Shown here piece after piece: positions 50,836 through 64,000 of a stretch of DNA of 64,000 nt. Position 1 is the stretch's first letter; each line of letters opens with the position of its first letter. The stretch is from Cirrosporium novae-zelandiae (lineage: Eukaryota): NCBI GenBank assembly GCA_026023565.1, contig JAPETS010000022.1, positions 496,001-560,000 on the forward strand, read 5' to 3'. Position numbers and translations under genes: made by a program. The notes under the pieces are model-generated. The model had not been told where the DNA came from, searched no databases, and worked only from the letters and a program-made list of their open reading frames with translations.

Positions 50836-52212
50836 TTATGAAACAGCATCGTGCTCTGCCAGTTGCTCATCCCAGGGTACCCAAGTCTGATTTGCATAAT
50901 TTGCCATACACTTGACAAGAGGTGGTGGGGTCATTTCCCACTCAATCAGAGGCATCATACCATCCCTCCCTTCACTCTCCACCCAATTAGAGACGTAGCC
51001 CTTTGCTGACTTGATCTTACCGGCAGCCTCATCGCTATATTCGAGATTGATGCTGGGTACCACAGCAATTTTTCTGTAACCATGATACCATATATCCTTA
51101 CAAAACAGCCGTGGCTCACCTTGGTAGCATTCCTCATCGTAAGGACCGCGAAACCTGACCTTCTTGTCAATTAATGGCTTCGCTGTGAACGCAGTAGCAC
51201 CATTCCAGCAAGAAAATACTTGAAATGGCATGCGAGCGGTGAATCTTTTATAAGTCTTGGGATTATTCCAGAATAAATCCCAGGCGGAATTCCAGTTACT
51301 ATCCTCTGGAATGTTGAAGAATGTATCTCCGTTCATGCCTCGGGCGATCCAGACATCATAGAAGGTTGGATCACGCCCTACATAGGTCCAATCCATAGCA
51401 CAAGTCATATCGGCATTCTGATACAAGCGTTGGTGTATAAGCTCTAGGATATCTTCCATGCACAGAGACACGTCGTTGAGAAAGAGCACAGTAGTATTTG
51501 TTGAGTACTGATCTGGATGGTCAACAAGCGGACGAAGTGCCTGGTTGCGGAGCTCCGCCAGAGCTTCTACGCGATTACCGATATCATGAGACAACGGATC
51601 GATTTCATTGGTGACGAAGAAGTATTTGACGCCAATTGGTTCCATTCTATCGCGTAGTAGTCTTAAGATCTCAAATGTTCCATCGTCGGAGCGGCCTTCC
51701 ACGACCGATAGAGCACAATTATGAGGGCCAAGAAAGCGCATACTTTCGACAACGGAACCTAAGAGTCGTGGAAGAAGCTTTGCACATTGATGAAGATCAA
51801 GGGCGAAAAAGTACTTCGGTCGCACACTGGGATCGGGTATGGTTGTGGCATGGTCTCGAAAATAGTCATAACGGCCGTGACTTGGCGCAGGGCAGGCTAG
51901 TCTTGGGAAGAAGTTGTCTTCTGGTGTCGTGATTGCCTTTATGTAGAGAGGTGCAATTTGGAATAAGGTAGCATTGCCTTGCTTGGGAGGGGTGGAAGGG
52001 GAGTTGACAGAATCATTTTCATTTGACTCGGAGTTTGTATTATCCTTTAGCCCCACTTGTTTCGCGATCGGCAAAACGGCATATTTTAGCCGATCTATCG
52101 GGTTTTCACCATTGCCGGAAATATATAAGATTCTACCCAAATCAGTAAATAAAGATAAATATACAAGAAATAGGAATACAGTCTGTAAAGAAACAATAAT
52201 CTTTCGTCTCAT
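50836..52212 (-). CDS. GT69 alpha-1,3-mannosyltransferase (CMT1/CAP59-like), intronless
   Basis: N-terminal TM anchor; KYFFALDL, SVVEGRSDDGT, LAELRNQAL, LFLNDV, CAMDW, FYDVWIARGMNG, PFQVFSCWNG, LFCKD. Confidence 0.92.
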   Translation of the reverse strand: MRRKIIVSLQTVFLFLVYLSLFTDLGRILYISGNGENPIDRLKYAVLPIAKQVGLKDNTNSESNENDSVNSPSTPPKQGNATLFQIAPLYIKAITTPEDNFFPRLACPAPSHGRYDYFRDHATTIPDPSVRPKYFFALDLHQCAKLLPRLLGSVVESMRFLGPHNCALSVVEGRSDDGTFEILRLLRDRMEPIGVKYFFVTNEIDPLSHDIGNRVEALAELRNQALRPLVDHPDQYSTNTTVLFLNDVSLCMEDILELIHQRLYQNADMTCAMDWTYVGRDPTFYDVWIARGMNGDTFFNIPEDSNWNSAWDLFWNNPKTYKRFTARMPFQVFSCWNGATAFTAKPLIDKKVRFRGPYDEECYQGEPRLFCKDIWYHGYRKIAVVPSINLEYSDEAAGKIKSAKGYVSNWVESEGRDGMMPLIEWEMTPPPLVKCMANYANQTWVPWDEQLAEHDAVS

Positions 52213-53374
52213 TCTTGTCAACCTAGATTGAGAATTAAAGCATAGTGTTATTATCCCAAGGTAACCCGTTCTCCCTTTCTATATTTTACTACTGAAATAT
52301 AATAATGAACTTATTCTCTTTCACATTTGCTTCCATCATCTATTTCCTGTTTTTGTCGCTATTCTTTGTTATCGATGGCCATACCTTTGTTATGGCCGGT
52401 TCTCAGTCTCCCTGGTGGCAAAACCAACCTCAAATTCTTTCTTTGACCTTCAGCGACAGCAGCCTACCTCTTATCCGTCGACATGCAGATACACATCCGG
52501 AAATCTGACCAAGCCGAGGATCACACAACCAGGTTACAACTACGCATCGACTATAACTTCTGCAACGGACGACCGTCTGGCAGGAAACTATATGGACTCG
52601 TATGCTTGCATTTCTAGGTGCGACATCTTTAACAACGACTCCAAGTCATCTACACCATCATCCACGCCTGTAAATCAATCAGGACTCATCCAAAACCACA
52701 TTAATTATCTCATTTATAAACGCCTTATCTGCATCATTCTCAAGCATACATCCTATAAGTAAACTATATTCTCCATATACCGTCGACCCCTAAATTTTAC
52801 TGTCAACAACCTGGAGGGAAATGAAAGTCATTGGATCTAAGCGAGAGCTCCCTCAACACCAACAACCACTAACCAGTATCGGGAATCTAGGATTTCTTCT
52901 CTACCCCATTATGAAGAACGAGGCATTAAACCACAGGCAGCGTAACAAAAAATAATTATATAGATAATAATAACAGGCTAAATAAAGGTACTATAATAAC
53001 AATAGAATCGTGTACTAGACGCCAGAGATAATGATAACTTAGGCAAGTTCAAAAGTCGAATGCTAACCTAAATAACTAGGCAGTGTTCCTCATAAAGCAT
53101 TGTGCCGCACGCCAAGCATACCAAGCGTAAGCCTCATTGTCAAGGCTTGGCATGGCTTTAAATCTCTGTAGCATGGCAGGAATCGGATCTGCGGTGCTGT
53201 TTATGTCGTGGAAAAGGCCATTCAAATCTAGCCGAATTTTGATCGTCAGCCTTCAAATGGTAGGCCCCCAGGTTATTGAGGTATTCCATGGCGGCATGCT
53301 TCACTGAAAATGGTCCAATCGACAGAGGGTTCATTGCAGATACCAAGGCCATGTCACTTCAACTTCAACCCCCT

Positions 53375-54710
53375 TTAAATCTGGCCATGTCCATGACGTT
53401 TATGCCCAACATGAGCCTCCCGACTTCTCTTACTCCTCGCGCCCCTCTTCCTCGTGGTCGTTGAATTTCCCTCTTTCGGGATCGCCACCATGCCATTCTC
53501 TAGAATCTGTGTAGCAGTTACGTTTTTCATGAGGCTGTTGAGGGCCGTGACGCTGGCGTCATCGTCGGAGGAGTCCTGGAAAACTTGCAGCGAGTTAACA
53601 TTCCAGTAGGAAGCTTCAAAGGCCGCGGCGTTGTCGCGAACGTAAGTTTCGCAGCTGGATGAGAGGGCTGCGCAGGTGCTGTACTCGCTCCAGACACTAC
53701 CAGCCCAGTCGCCGCAGAAGGTCATGTCGAAAACCTGGGTTGGAAGTTAGCTTTCTAATGGTTGGGGATGGTAGGTGAATGAGCGAGAGAAGGGATGAGA
53801 ATGTGTTAGGGGATGGGGAAATGATGATAAGGATGAAGCATGAGAATAGTATATATAAGATGAGACATACGATTTCCATGTCTATGAAGCGGTCGTCGAT
53901 AGTACAACTCAAATCAAATTGCGCGAGGGGCTCGCCCCAGGTGTCGGGAGTGGGACTGCCGGTGGTTGTTCCGTCAGGGACATATTGTTCACGCCAGTGC
54001 CATATAGAAAAGAGATCGCTGGTCCACTCAACGGCGTAGACCCCACCGCCGGCTGAATTGAAGTTGGTGCCGTATGAATATGGCGCATCGGACTCGGAAT
54101 TGATTTGACAACCGGTGTTAGAGTCGACAGCGGTATTGCAGTTATCATGGGTGAGCTCGCCGGTGAAGTAGGAGCCCTCGATGTAGCAATCTCCTTCGGT
54201 GTGGCCTGTCATGTCATTGCCGACTTGGGTGTTGACGCCTTCAATGATGTCCATTTCACCGTCGGTAGGCCAAGTGGGGGTACCAAGTAGCCAAAACGCG
54301 GGCCATGTGCCGCAGATACTTGCGGGCATGTGTTCGAGATCCAGAATGAAGAGACCGTGGTTGTAAGTGTTTTTGCTGTAGATCCTAGTGCTTTTACGGC
54401 CGGGGTCGGTGGCTGTGTGCGTCCAGTCGACACCCATATATGTGGTACCACTGTCAAGGATGATACCGAGCTCTAGAGCGTCATCGTAGCTAAGATAGTT
54501 GACGTAGCCGTTAGTAGGATCGGTGTCCTGGAAAGGGTTAGAAGGAGAATCAGTCAACGGATGGTAGGCTCGAGGGCTTACGGTAAAGAAGTCGAAGTGA
54601 TCAAAGAAGTTTCCGGTTCCAGCTTCCATGTCCTCAACGAGAACGTAGGAACTCATGGCAAGCCTTGCAAAGGCAATGGCCCCGAGGGGGATGAGAGTGC
54701 TGCAGTGCAT
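53375..54710 (-). CDS. Secreted GH16 endo-1,3(4)-beta-glucanase
   Basis: Signal peptide MHCSTLIPLGAIAFARLAMS; DPTNGYVNY, CGTWPAFW, catalytic GEMDIIEG, GGGVYAVEW, TFCGDWAG; introns 54581..54528 and 53870..53735; basic His-rich tail. Confidence 0.93.
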
Positions 54711-55641
54711 TTTGACTCTTGGGAAGAAACTGGAGATGGTGATTGCTAAGACGAAAGGCCACTTCACTTGAGTGCGAGAAGGACATTTATATCAAGTAGA
54801 AATGAGGTGGTGTCGTTTTCACCACGTGGGAAGGCTTCCCATACGTTCCAGTGACCTTGTTTGACAGAGGACATGTTACTGAACAAAGTAAACCATTTCA
54901 AGTCTGGTTAAATTAGAGGTAGCATCTCAAAAATGCAAATAGTCGTTTGAACAGGCCATATCCTAGAGATTCACCTGCCATTAGAATCAGGAGTGTTAAA
55001 ATCGCCGAGCATCTAAACGTTCGCTGGTGCTGGAGACGTTCCATGGGCTTAAATGAACTAATCAAAGTGATAAATTCGATCGCAGCACATAAGAGGGGTT
55101 GCGTGCCTCAACATCTAACATTTTTTAGGCATTTACTCGGATCGGACACAATCTGAAACTTTTCAAGGTTAGTTGAGCGTTGGACATGGAACGACGCAAG
55201 CGTTGAGGAATGAATGAAAAGCCAAAAGCCAAGGCTGAAAGCTTCAAAACCTAGATGTCTTATTTGCGAGCAAGGCTGATCGCAAGAAAGTATATGTATT
55301 CGATGTTCAAAAGTGGATATGATGAAGATGTAGCTAGGCTTTTTTCATCGCAAATCTCCTCTGCGGTAATTCTTTGGGGGACGGGAAGTAGATGAAGAAC
55401 ATGATAGGTGAGAAAACCTTCAGGAGCTCTCCGCAAATTCAACAATTCCTTGATGAACGATGAAAACATTTAATGTATCATGGTTGCACTTTTCATGGGG
55501 TAGGAGTAGCATTAGGCAATTGTTCCGTAGACGCAACAAATAGACATTCGCGGAACGGCACGAGGTGGTACCTGCATCAACCATCTCTAGTATAAGGTAT
55601 ATCTGGGAGCCAGGACATATTCTTCCGCCGATAGATTAGTA

Positions 55642-56102
55642 TGTCAGATGGTACCTGAAACTTTGAAATTATAATCGCCCGTGAAGGTCCCTTGAAGGTC
55701 CCTTGAAGGTTGAACGATGAAGCTCATTCAGCGTTACATTCAATCAGCTGTTTTGGCTCACCACATGTGATAAACGACAGGATGAATTCGCAATGAGGTT
55801 AAGAGGCTAGTGGTCTGACTTGAACTGTAAAATTATATTGAATCCTTTCAAAATCCTTTCGATAGTTAATGTTCTCAGACATGAGCAATAAATCTTGAAG
55901 TTGATCGATGATAATGGAACTTTGACTTGTCAAGATAGCTACCTGGACAAGAATGGACAAGAGTGGACCAGAGTGGACAAGAATGGACGGTACCAGGATG
56001 AATTAAGACACACTAAGCCGAATCGAAGGCTGTCAAGATGATACTCGAGTTAGACTTGAGCCAAGAATCTGCCTTGAAGGATCAACTTGCCTGGAACTGA
56101 CA
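55642..56102. mobile_element. Possible solo-LTR relic (~460 bp)
   Basis: TGTCAG...CTGACA inverted ends; internal tandem units (TGAAGGTCCCT) x~3 at 55682 and (TGGACAAGAR) x4.5 at 55944; AATAAA inside; TGGCGC shortly after the right end; no TSD. Confidence 0.35.
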
Positions 56103-56367
56103 CCCTGTGGCGCTGAAGAAGTGTGCACCGTAAACTAGGCCTATTTGGTACCCAGGTACCCTATCCAATATCCGATCTACAACCTCGGATCACCAAAGAT
56201 AGTTGTTCCGACTTGCATCTACCTAGGTAATCAGTATTATCATTATAACTACAAAACCATTTCCTTTCCTTTCCTACTACTATTACTATTACTACAAATA
56301 AACGAGAAACTTCTCCCCATGCTATATCTTTTTTTGAAAACCTCCCCTAGTGAGACCTTTGTAGTAT

Positions 56368-58442
56368 TTAGCGATTCCGCCACCACCTATCGAGAGAGAA
56401 GATCCCGTCTTTGTAAGCCACCTCACCACTAGCACCACCTTTCTCGGCGTCTCTTTGCTTTTTTTTGGGTTTCTCTTTTGAAAACCCTGTAATCTTCCCT
56501 TTGGAATTTCTATAAAGCCACCAGGTAAGCACAACCAGCAGGGTAAGTGGTATGGTGGTGGAAGCCCATAACCACCAAAGACCCGAAACATGGATGTCGC
56601 TCTTTCTTGTAGTGGCCGAGAATATACCTGCGCCCAGAACGGTCTGGTGAAGGGGGCGAATATCAGCTTTTTTCTCTCTCTCCTACATTTGTATTCTCGA
56701 ATGGGTCCTCAAGCGTCAGGGCAACCTACCGCAGTGAATGTCCCCGGCAAAAACACCATCGTCAGCGCCGCAATCGCATTCATGCTCGTACTATCGTTCT
56801 TCATATCTGCCGCCAGATTGATATTATTCGCGGCATCCTGCTGTGTCACAAGGTTATATACCAGATTCATCGTGCTGTCCTTGCGATTCTTGTAGTTTAG
56901 GAACCAGATTTTCTGCTTGCTCATGGAGGCGATGATGTATTCGATGGAATCAGTTGCTCGCTGATACACGAATCGTGGGGATTGAATGGTGGAATGGAAG
57001 CGCGAGTGCGCGTTTCGGATGCCGACGGCCGTGATGATGGCGACGTCTGCGTTGGTGAGATGAGAATCGGCGTTTTGGGAGATTATATGGAGTTGCTTTG
57101 TTAGATCGCTGAGCTTGGCCCGGTCGCTGGTTACGAGGCCAGCGACATGGTCGTCGACTTTGTTAATCTGTACGAGTCCGCGGTTAAGAAAGACATGATG
57201 GCGAGTATTACCTATGAGAGAACGGGTGCCTACCTGTGCCCACATGAATCGCTGGAATCGCTTGACGTGATATTTGGAGGCTTCGAAAGATAATGTTGAT
57301 AAGATGATATGAAAATCAAAGGGATCGCTTAAAAATATGGGAGGCCGTCTCTCTATGGGTTGAGTCTCGGTGCCAATATTCAAGATTTTTTGAAGAGCAT
57401 TAATACTAGTATCATTCTGCTTGTGCGATATGACATATGTAGTAATGTCGTGGGTTTCATTATAGCTCATGTATACTGAAAGGGGTGCACCTTGCACTTG
57501 GAGATTCCATCGCGGATGTTGGCAGAAGAACTCTGAATGTTTCATCAGGAATTACTTCTGCTCTACAAGTTTGTGACGGATCAGCCACGTACCGCATGCA
57601 GAAAGATTTCCATCTTGATCTGATTCCCAGTGTGACTGAGGTGCCCAATAGTCTGGCCGCCCGAGCATATTCAAGAGAAAAAGCGGGTTAAGCCTTAGAA
57701 TCTTGAAAAAATGCTCAACACTAGACTGAGTCATCAATATTTGACTACCAAACGACGTTTGTTGAACGGGTCTCAGTGGGACAAAACTAGAGATATCAAC
57801 TGAAGCACAGTCAGGAAGAGAGGCAAAAAGGGACTTTTACAAAATAAGCAATCTGCGTTGCTCAGCCTTCTTGCGATTGGTTCGAGGTGATGGCTTTTGG
57901 TTGCCATTGCTAAAAGAGTGAGGGAATCGAATGGATGCTCTCTATTGAAGCGCTCTTTTGGTCACCCAAAGTGCTCGTACCAATACACTGCATCTATAGA
58001 AAGGCGAACTTACTTTGACAAAGGCTTTGAGTCCTTGTTCATCTAAAGCATGCCATTCTTTTGCTCCAGTGAGTAGCTTATTTTTGAAGACCCAGGACAC
58101 TCCTGAAGCCTTACCTTCTCCTTTCCCACTCACTTCCAAACAGTGAATCGCCGTTTCATTGGAGAAATTGTTGCCATTCGCCAGATGATGCTCATGCTGG
58201 ACTGCACCAAACACGTCCTGAATAGACCAGAGATCATCGAGGGGATAGTGGCTCGAATCAAGGGAGAAGTTGAAATCCAACTCGTTAGTATCCAAATCGC
58301 CTGCTTGAGCATGGCGAGCAACGTCATTCATCTCTCGCGAATTCGGCCGCGGTTGTACTTTGGCCCTGGCGAGGGAGGCCTCCAGTCGCGAAAATGTTTC
58401 GTTCCCATCAAATTCGGAGAGTTGGTCCTTGAATAAAGACAT
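56368..58442 (-). CDS. Hypothetical protein with C-terminal CorA-like two-TM domain
   Basis: Multi-exon; MNLVYNLVTQQDAANNINLAADMKNDSTSMNAIAALTMVFLPGTFTA|TVLGAGIF...WWLWASTTIPLTLLVVLTWWLY; stop 56368-56370. Confidence 0.8.
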
Positions 58443-58771
58443 TGTGATAATATTAAGACTGCGGATGTTGAAGCAGACATGAAAGAAAGTGCTTTAAATG
58501 CCGCTACAATGTCAAATGTGTTCAGATGATATTTGAAGGAAGAAAAGAGTTCTGACCTTGTGTTGCCTCAGCCTTGCAATTATTGAGCCTTGTTTCCTCT
58601 TTTCACATTTGGCGGACTGTACTGTATAAGGCTCCACATCTTACCTAGACCCATGTTCCGGCATATTCCGTGCTAAAATTAGAGAGTATTTAATTAACAT
58701 ATTTTTCGTACATTTAATCCATCATCCTTAATCCTAGATCTTCATTTCCGTCTTCCACTAATAGTCAAAGG

Positions 58772-59759
58772 ATGGATTTCAAAATCAGTTACGAACATCT
58801 TCTGACAAAATTCGATAAGTTAGTTGATCAGGGGGTAATTCAATATAAAAATTCCGAGGTAGTAATTCGGACAGAAAATGGCTGGACGGTAAGCAATTTA
58901 TGAGCGCACCGGGCTTCGCAAGCTAAGCAGGCTTTTAAAGATCGAGTTTCGCATCAGTTCGTCTCTTACGGGAAAGCCTCAAGCAGAAGAAGAACTCAAG
59001 TTACCAACATCCAACAATGAAAATGGTGTGCAAAGGCCGGAATGTTTCGGGCCGGGAAGCGACATCGCCAATTGCCATCCCGACATTCTCATAGATACAG
59101 TTAATAATACTCATTTACTCGTCATCAACAAATTCTGTGTTTTCCGGCCTCAGCTGCTGATGCTTTCTAGCGATTCATATCGTCGACAAAGTGAGCCGCT
59201 GTCCCAGGAGGACTTTGAAGCTGCTTGGACAACTTTGTCTGCCATGGAGTTTCCGAATTACATGTTGTACAACTGTAACTCGCTAGCAGGTGCTAGTAGA
59301 CATCATAAGCACATGCAAATTATTCCAATGCCGGAAGATCCTGATGAGAACCCGACCGGCTTCAAGTTCTTCCCTGATAGAACAGGCTTCGATTTCCGAA
59401 AGATCCCCTTCAGGTATTCCCTGAAATACCTGGTCGACTTGCCTCTGGAGCTCCGAGAATGTGGGAGTGTACTTCTCAGAGTATACAAAGAATTGCTTGC
59501 TCAAAATAGAAAATCCTTGGACGTAGGAGCTGGAGGTATTTTCCCGCATAATGTGGTGACAACCAAAGAATGGATGATTGTGATTCCGAGGAGCAGTAAC
59601 AACTTTCATGGTATAACTGCAAACGGTGCCGGTATGATGGGATCTGTTTGGCTTTCAAACACTGCTCAATTGGAAGAAGGATGGATTAAATATAGCTTTG
59701 CGAATGCGCTTTCTCATCTAGGAGTAGGGATTCCACCGAAAGATGAAAAAGAAATGTAA
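58772..59759 (+). CDS. APA2: ATP adenylyltransferase / Ap4A phosphorylase
   Basis: MDFKISYEHLLTKFDKLV...|IEFRISSSL.GKP; HLLVINKFCVFRPQLL, RRQSEPL, YNCNSLAGASRHHKHMQ (HxHxQ motif), WMIVIPRS, ANGAGMMG. Confidence 0.88.
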
Positions 59760-59891
59760 GAAGTAGAAATGAAGGTGTAAACATTGAATGTTACACTAAA
59801 AATAATATAGTCTTACATATTCTAGAATGCTTGTATTGTTTGCTACCTGATAAATTTACCTAGGTACATGTACATAACCTATCCTGATACC

Positions 59892-60416
59892 CTATAAGCC
59901 CCACCATAGCCTTCTCGAACACTCCACCTCATAAACCCCTAAACTCAGTTTCGCTCCCTTCTACTCTTCCTCCTTTAGTGTACGAAGAACTTCTGCTCCT
60001 GCGCCCGCGTCTTCTGACCCGCGCTCCACCCGCTCAACCGAGGTTCTATACTTCACCTCTACCTCCGCCGTGCCAGCTGCTACTATGGTAACAATACCGT
60101 GCTGAACGTGTGCGGCCAGGAGAGGAATCAGAAAGTACTAGCCGCTTAGGTATTGTATCCCTCCTAACAGAACGAGAGCGGTTTCGTGGGCGTACGTTAA
60201 GATTGTGTCCAGTATACCTTGAAGGGAGACCAAATGGGTTTTCGACAATGAGAAAAACGACTACTGTTTCGCGATCTGCGTCATTGAAAGGTACAATTCT
60301 TTTCGAATCTCAAGGTTGAGATCAATAGCCTACTTCAAATCCATGGTGCCGCGAGGCTCCAATGCCACCAATAGGTGTTTATCTAAGCGATGATCATCTA
60401 GGAGAATGAGTTGAGG
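59892..60416 (-). pseudogene. Possible decayed reading frame interrupted only by TAG codons
   Basis: One frame of about 175 codons with TAG at 60330, 60261, 60138, 59961, 59892 and no TAA or TGA; no recognisable family. Confidence 0.35.
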
Positions 60417-62116
60417 TTGAAAAAGGACTCTTGATAACGGCTTCAAGGCAAGGATGGTACATGTACAATAAAAATGATCCATCATCATCGCAGGCATTTA
60501 GGATTAAGAGAAATTAGGTTCTTGTAAGACGAATATGTGATAAAGGAGACAAGGAAAGGAAAGAGGTGTGATGTGATGTGATGTGATGTAATATGGTGTG
60601 GTATAAGCTCGGTATTCGATATATAACTACCAAGGCAGTCGTGGTATTTACAGTATCTGTTTGGAGAGCCCCGAGAGTAAGTAAATATGGGGATTATAAA
60701 AGTTAAGCCATGTTCTGGTTTGTGGTACTTGCTATCTTGATGTAGGAATGTGTTGCAAATGCGTAAATAAATCAATAGGTATGTAAGAGTGCCTTGTTAA
60801 ATTTAAAGAAAGAAATCTTTATGATGGATGGAATTGTACTCGAGTAATGTAAACTCAGGGGCTTCTCTTATGCATGATTGACCTTTGCACTAGTTAGCTT
60901 TAGGCTAAAGGTAGATCTGTCGTCGTAGTGCCCGATCTCTCTTCTCTTCCGAAAGTCTCGGTACCGATGGCGTAGTTAATTCAAGCTAGAATCTGGCCAG
61001 AAGCTCTAATAGTACCTGTTCCGCCATTCCGCGTTTACCACTGGAGGTTCCAGCCCTGTCCATCCAGGTAGTAGAGATTGAAATCCCCCACTATCAATTC
61101 TTGTTTATTCTTTCCTACCTCCAATTTCATTATCAAAGATTGCAGCACGATGGCGTGGCAGCTAGGATTAAACTATATAACCGACCTCTCCTACCTATTT
61201 GAAGTCCGAACTTCGGACCTGGTTACGGACTGAACCGTATTCAGCCTGCGGAGCCGAGCATGAGAGAAACTGAGATAGGGTGCCCAAATCCGAAAGGAGG
61301 GTATCTTAGAATTCGTGATTCAGTTGTGAAAGCAGACAGGTTGTAGATAATGAAACTCCAACGCCTATAGACAAATCAATTGACATAAGAAGGGAAGGAG
61401 GAGATAGATTCCACTACCCTGAAAGTCGCCTGGAATGGCTTAGCTAGGTCACGGTGATATTTATTAGTTTGAAAGAAGGCGGAAAGACTAAAGGCTATGG
61501 CCACAAAACATCCCATAGCACTATAGATTGATAACTAGTGACAAGGGTCTGGAAGTGGGTGGAATGAGCAAGCTCATCCCGATATTTGTCTAGCCCAGGA
61601 GCGACATTTAGACAATAAACAGATCACACGCACACACACACATATCATCCTTTCAATAGTAACAAACAAGTATTCTGCCGTCCTCCCTTCTTTCTTTTTT
61701 TTAGCATGCTCAACTAATAGCGTAGCACCATCAAACTCAGTTAGCAAAATACAGAATCATTGGCGGAGCACGGCATAAATATAAACCTCGTTAGATGCAG
61801 GAACATGATATTAGAAGACTAAAGCTAAAGTTGATCTGGGGTTATTCGGCTGCGACTACCCATCTCATCCATCGTAACACGAATCATGGCAGGTGGTTAA
61901 GATCCAGGGGCATTCCACGGCAGACTACATATCCTGTATCTCAATTGATAAGGCCACCTACCTCCTGGTCGAGCTTTCGAGTAACCCGAGATGAGATGTT
62001 AAAAGTTGGTTGAGCTCCTCTGTAGTTTAGATGGAACGTGGATACTCCAGTTCGTGAATCTTAGCTGTCAACTTTTTATATTGAAAGCAAGTGTCGTGCA
62101 ATCTTCTAGTACCAGC

Positions 62117-64000
62117 ATGAAGCTCCAGGCTATCGGGTTGGGAGCTCTCCTAGCATCAACCCTTGCGGCTGGAAATGAAAACGCCCAAGTCTGCAAGAAG
62201 ACTAAGGTAGCGGTTCTGTATGTATGATCAACATCGATTCTCGCATTAATATGGTAGCTAACAAGTCCGAAGTGGTGCGGGAGTGGCGGGAATTACAGCA
62301 GCGGTAATACTCATCTTGACCGAAATGCATTCTAAGATATTTCAATTGACAAGTGTGTTATTTAGCAAGCTCTAGTGAACCAGTCCATCACCGATTTCGT
62401 AATTATCGAGTATCAGAATGACATTGGCGGAAGGTTACACAAGGTGAACTTTGGGAAGAAGCCCAACGGGTCTTCCTACACCGTTGAGGCCGGTGCCAAT
62501 TGGGTATGTCTTTGCCATAGTTCTATCACTTTATCTATATACCTCGGTTAATAACATTGAGCGACTGTAGATTCAAGGACTAGACTCACCGAGTGGACGA
62601 GAGAACCCGATCTATACCTTGGTTAGTTCATCTACCCCAAGTAAAAAGAATTGTATTTGTTGCAAGGTTAACTGGTCCCAGGCGAAAAAATATAACATAT
62701 ACAACATGTACGTAGATATGAGATACCTTTGAATTAACTAATATTAACGAGAGCACAGACCCTCAGACTTTGGCAATATTACGACTTTTGATCAGAACGG
62801 TCCAATAGATTACACAGATCTTGTAGACACGTTTAGTGACGTATGGGACAACGTCTCCATAGACGCAGGTAGTATTCTGCAAAACAACGGTCAAGATCGA
62901 AGTATCCGCGCTGGTGCTCGGCTGATGGGATGGAATCCGCGCCAGAATGACTCGTATTCTCAAGTTGCCGAATGGTGGACCATCGACTCCGAATTCATCT
63001 ATACTCCAGATGAGAGCTCGGAGGTGTTTACGGCTGTTGCGAATAATGCTACTTTCCAGTACTTTTCTGACGAGAATAATTTTGTCATTGACCAGCGAGG
63101 CTTCAGTACGTCCACCGTTTCCCTTCCCTAGAAAGACATTGCATGATGATCAGTTCACAGGTTAACCAACCCAGGCGCCATGATCAAGGGCGAGGCATTT
63201 ACGTTCTTGAAAAAAAATGACACGAGACTCCATCTAAACACAATCGTAACAGGCATCTCGTACAGCGACACAGGCGTCACTGTGCAAACAAACCGCGGAT
63301 GCATCGAGGCCGAGTATGCGATCATGACCTTTTCTATTGGTGTCCTACAGAATGGGGGGATTGACTTCCAGCCCGCTCTACCTTCCTGGAAACAGGCAGC
63401 GATTTCCAGCTTCGATTTAGGCACTTACACCAAGATCTTCTTACAATTTGACGAGCCGTTTTGGGACTCTAACACGCAATTCTTGCTGTATGCGGACCCG
63501 TACGAGAGAGGTCGGTACCCGTCATTCCAGCCGTTGGATGTCCCCAATGCACTGCCGGGCTCGGGAATTATTGTCTGCACTGTCGTTAATAAACAGTCGT
63601 ATCGCGTCGAGGCGCAGCCGGATGAGGTCACCAAGGCTGAAATCATGGAGGTGTTGCGGAACATGTATGGCAAGAATATCTCTGACCCCGTGGATTTTTA
63701 TGTCCCACGTTGGACGCAGGTACCGTGGTAAGTCAAGCTCCAAGAATTCTCTACGCTCTAGGTACAGGTCAGATCCCTGTGGAACAAATTTATCACGAGG
63801 CTTCCGGGTCCTGGCTATGTTGTACAAAATAACCCCTGCAGCCATTTTGTCCTCATGCTGACGGCACTACATGCAGGGCTTTCGGGTCCTTTTCCAACTG
63901 GCCCCCATCCACCAGCCTAGCCACCCATCAGAACTTCCGTGCCAATATTGGTCGACTCTTCTTCGCTGGAGAGGCCACGAGCCAAGAATTTTTCGGCTAT
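62117..64000 (+). CDS. Secreted flavin-containing polyamine oxidase (3' end outside window)
   Basis: Signal peptide MKLQAIGLGALLASTLA; KTKVAVL|GAGVAGITAA, IEYQNDIGGR, VEAGANW|IQG, AEYAIMTFSIGVLQ, YTKIFLQF, VPRWTQVPW|AFGSFSNWP, LFFAGEATS; many short introns. Confidence 0.92.

Overview
Eukaryotic DNA from a filamentous ascomycete (short GT-AG introns with CTAAC/CTGAC branch sites, a Zn2Cys6 factor, fungal NLR and HeLo genes). The six-frame ORF track breaks most genes at introns, so gene models were rebuilt by hand. The window holds about 20 protein-coding genes: Pro1/NosA-type transcription factor, GNAT-like protein, homocysteine S-methyltransferase, an orphan two-repeat beta-sandwich protein, a Zn-ribbon/polyQ hypothetical, PRE10, RIB4, MRI1, oxalate decarboxylase, a NACHT-ankyrin-SPRY NLR, a DAL5-like MFS transporter divergent from an M20 amidohydrolase, a stand-alone HeLo protein, GT69, GH16, a CorA-like membrane protein, Ap4A phosphorylase and a partial polyamine oxidase. 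It also holds an SRPK-like kinase pseudogene, a copia-gag relic, MITE/LTR relics and two microsatellite-dense blocks. The best leads are: (i) a ~5 kb accessory segment bracketed by direct repeats and carrying the orphan lectin-like gene plus a hAT-type MITE; (ii) the NLR with a SPRY domain and a nearby HeLo-only protein; (iii) PTS1-like ends on MRI1 (SKL) and on the signal-peptide-less oxalate decarboxylase (SKI); (iv) a structured 3'-UTR intron. All family assignments are from motif recognition by eye; no searches were run, and no new system can be proven from the sequence alone.
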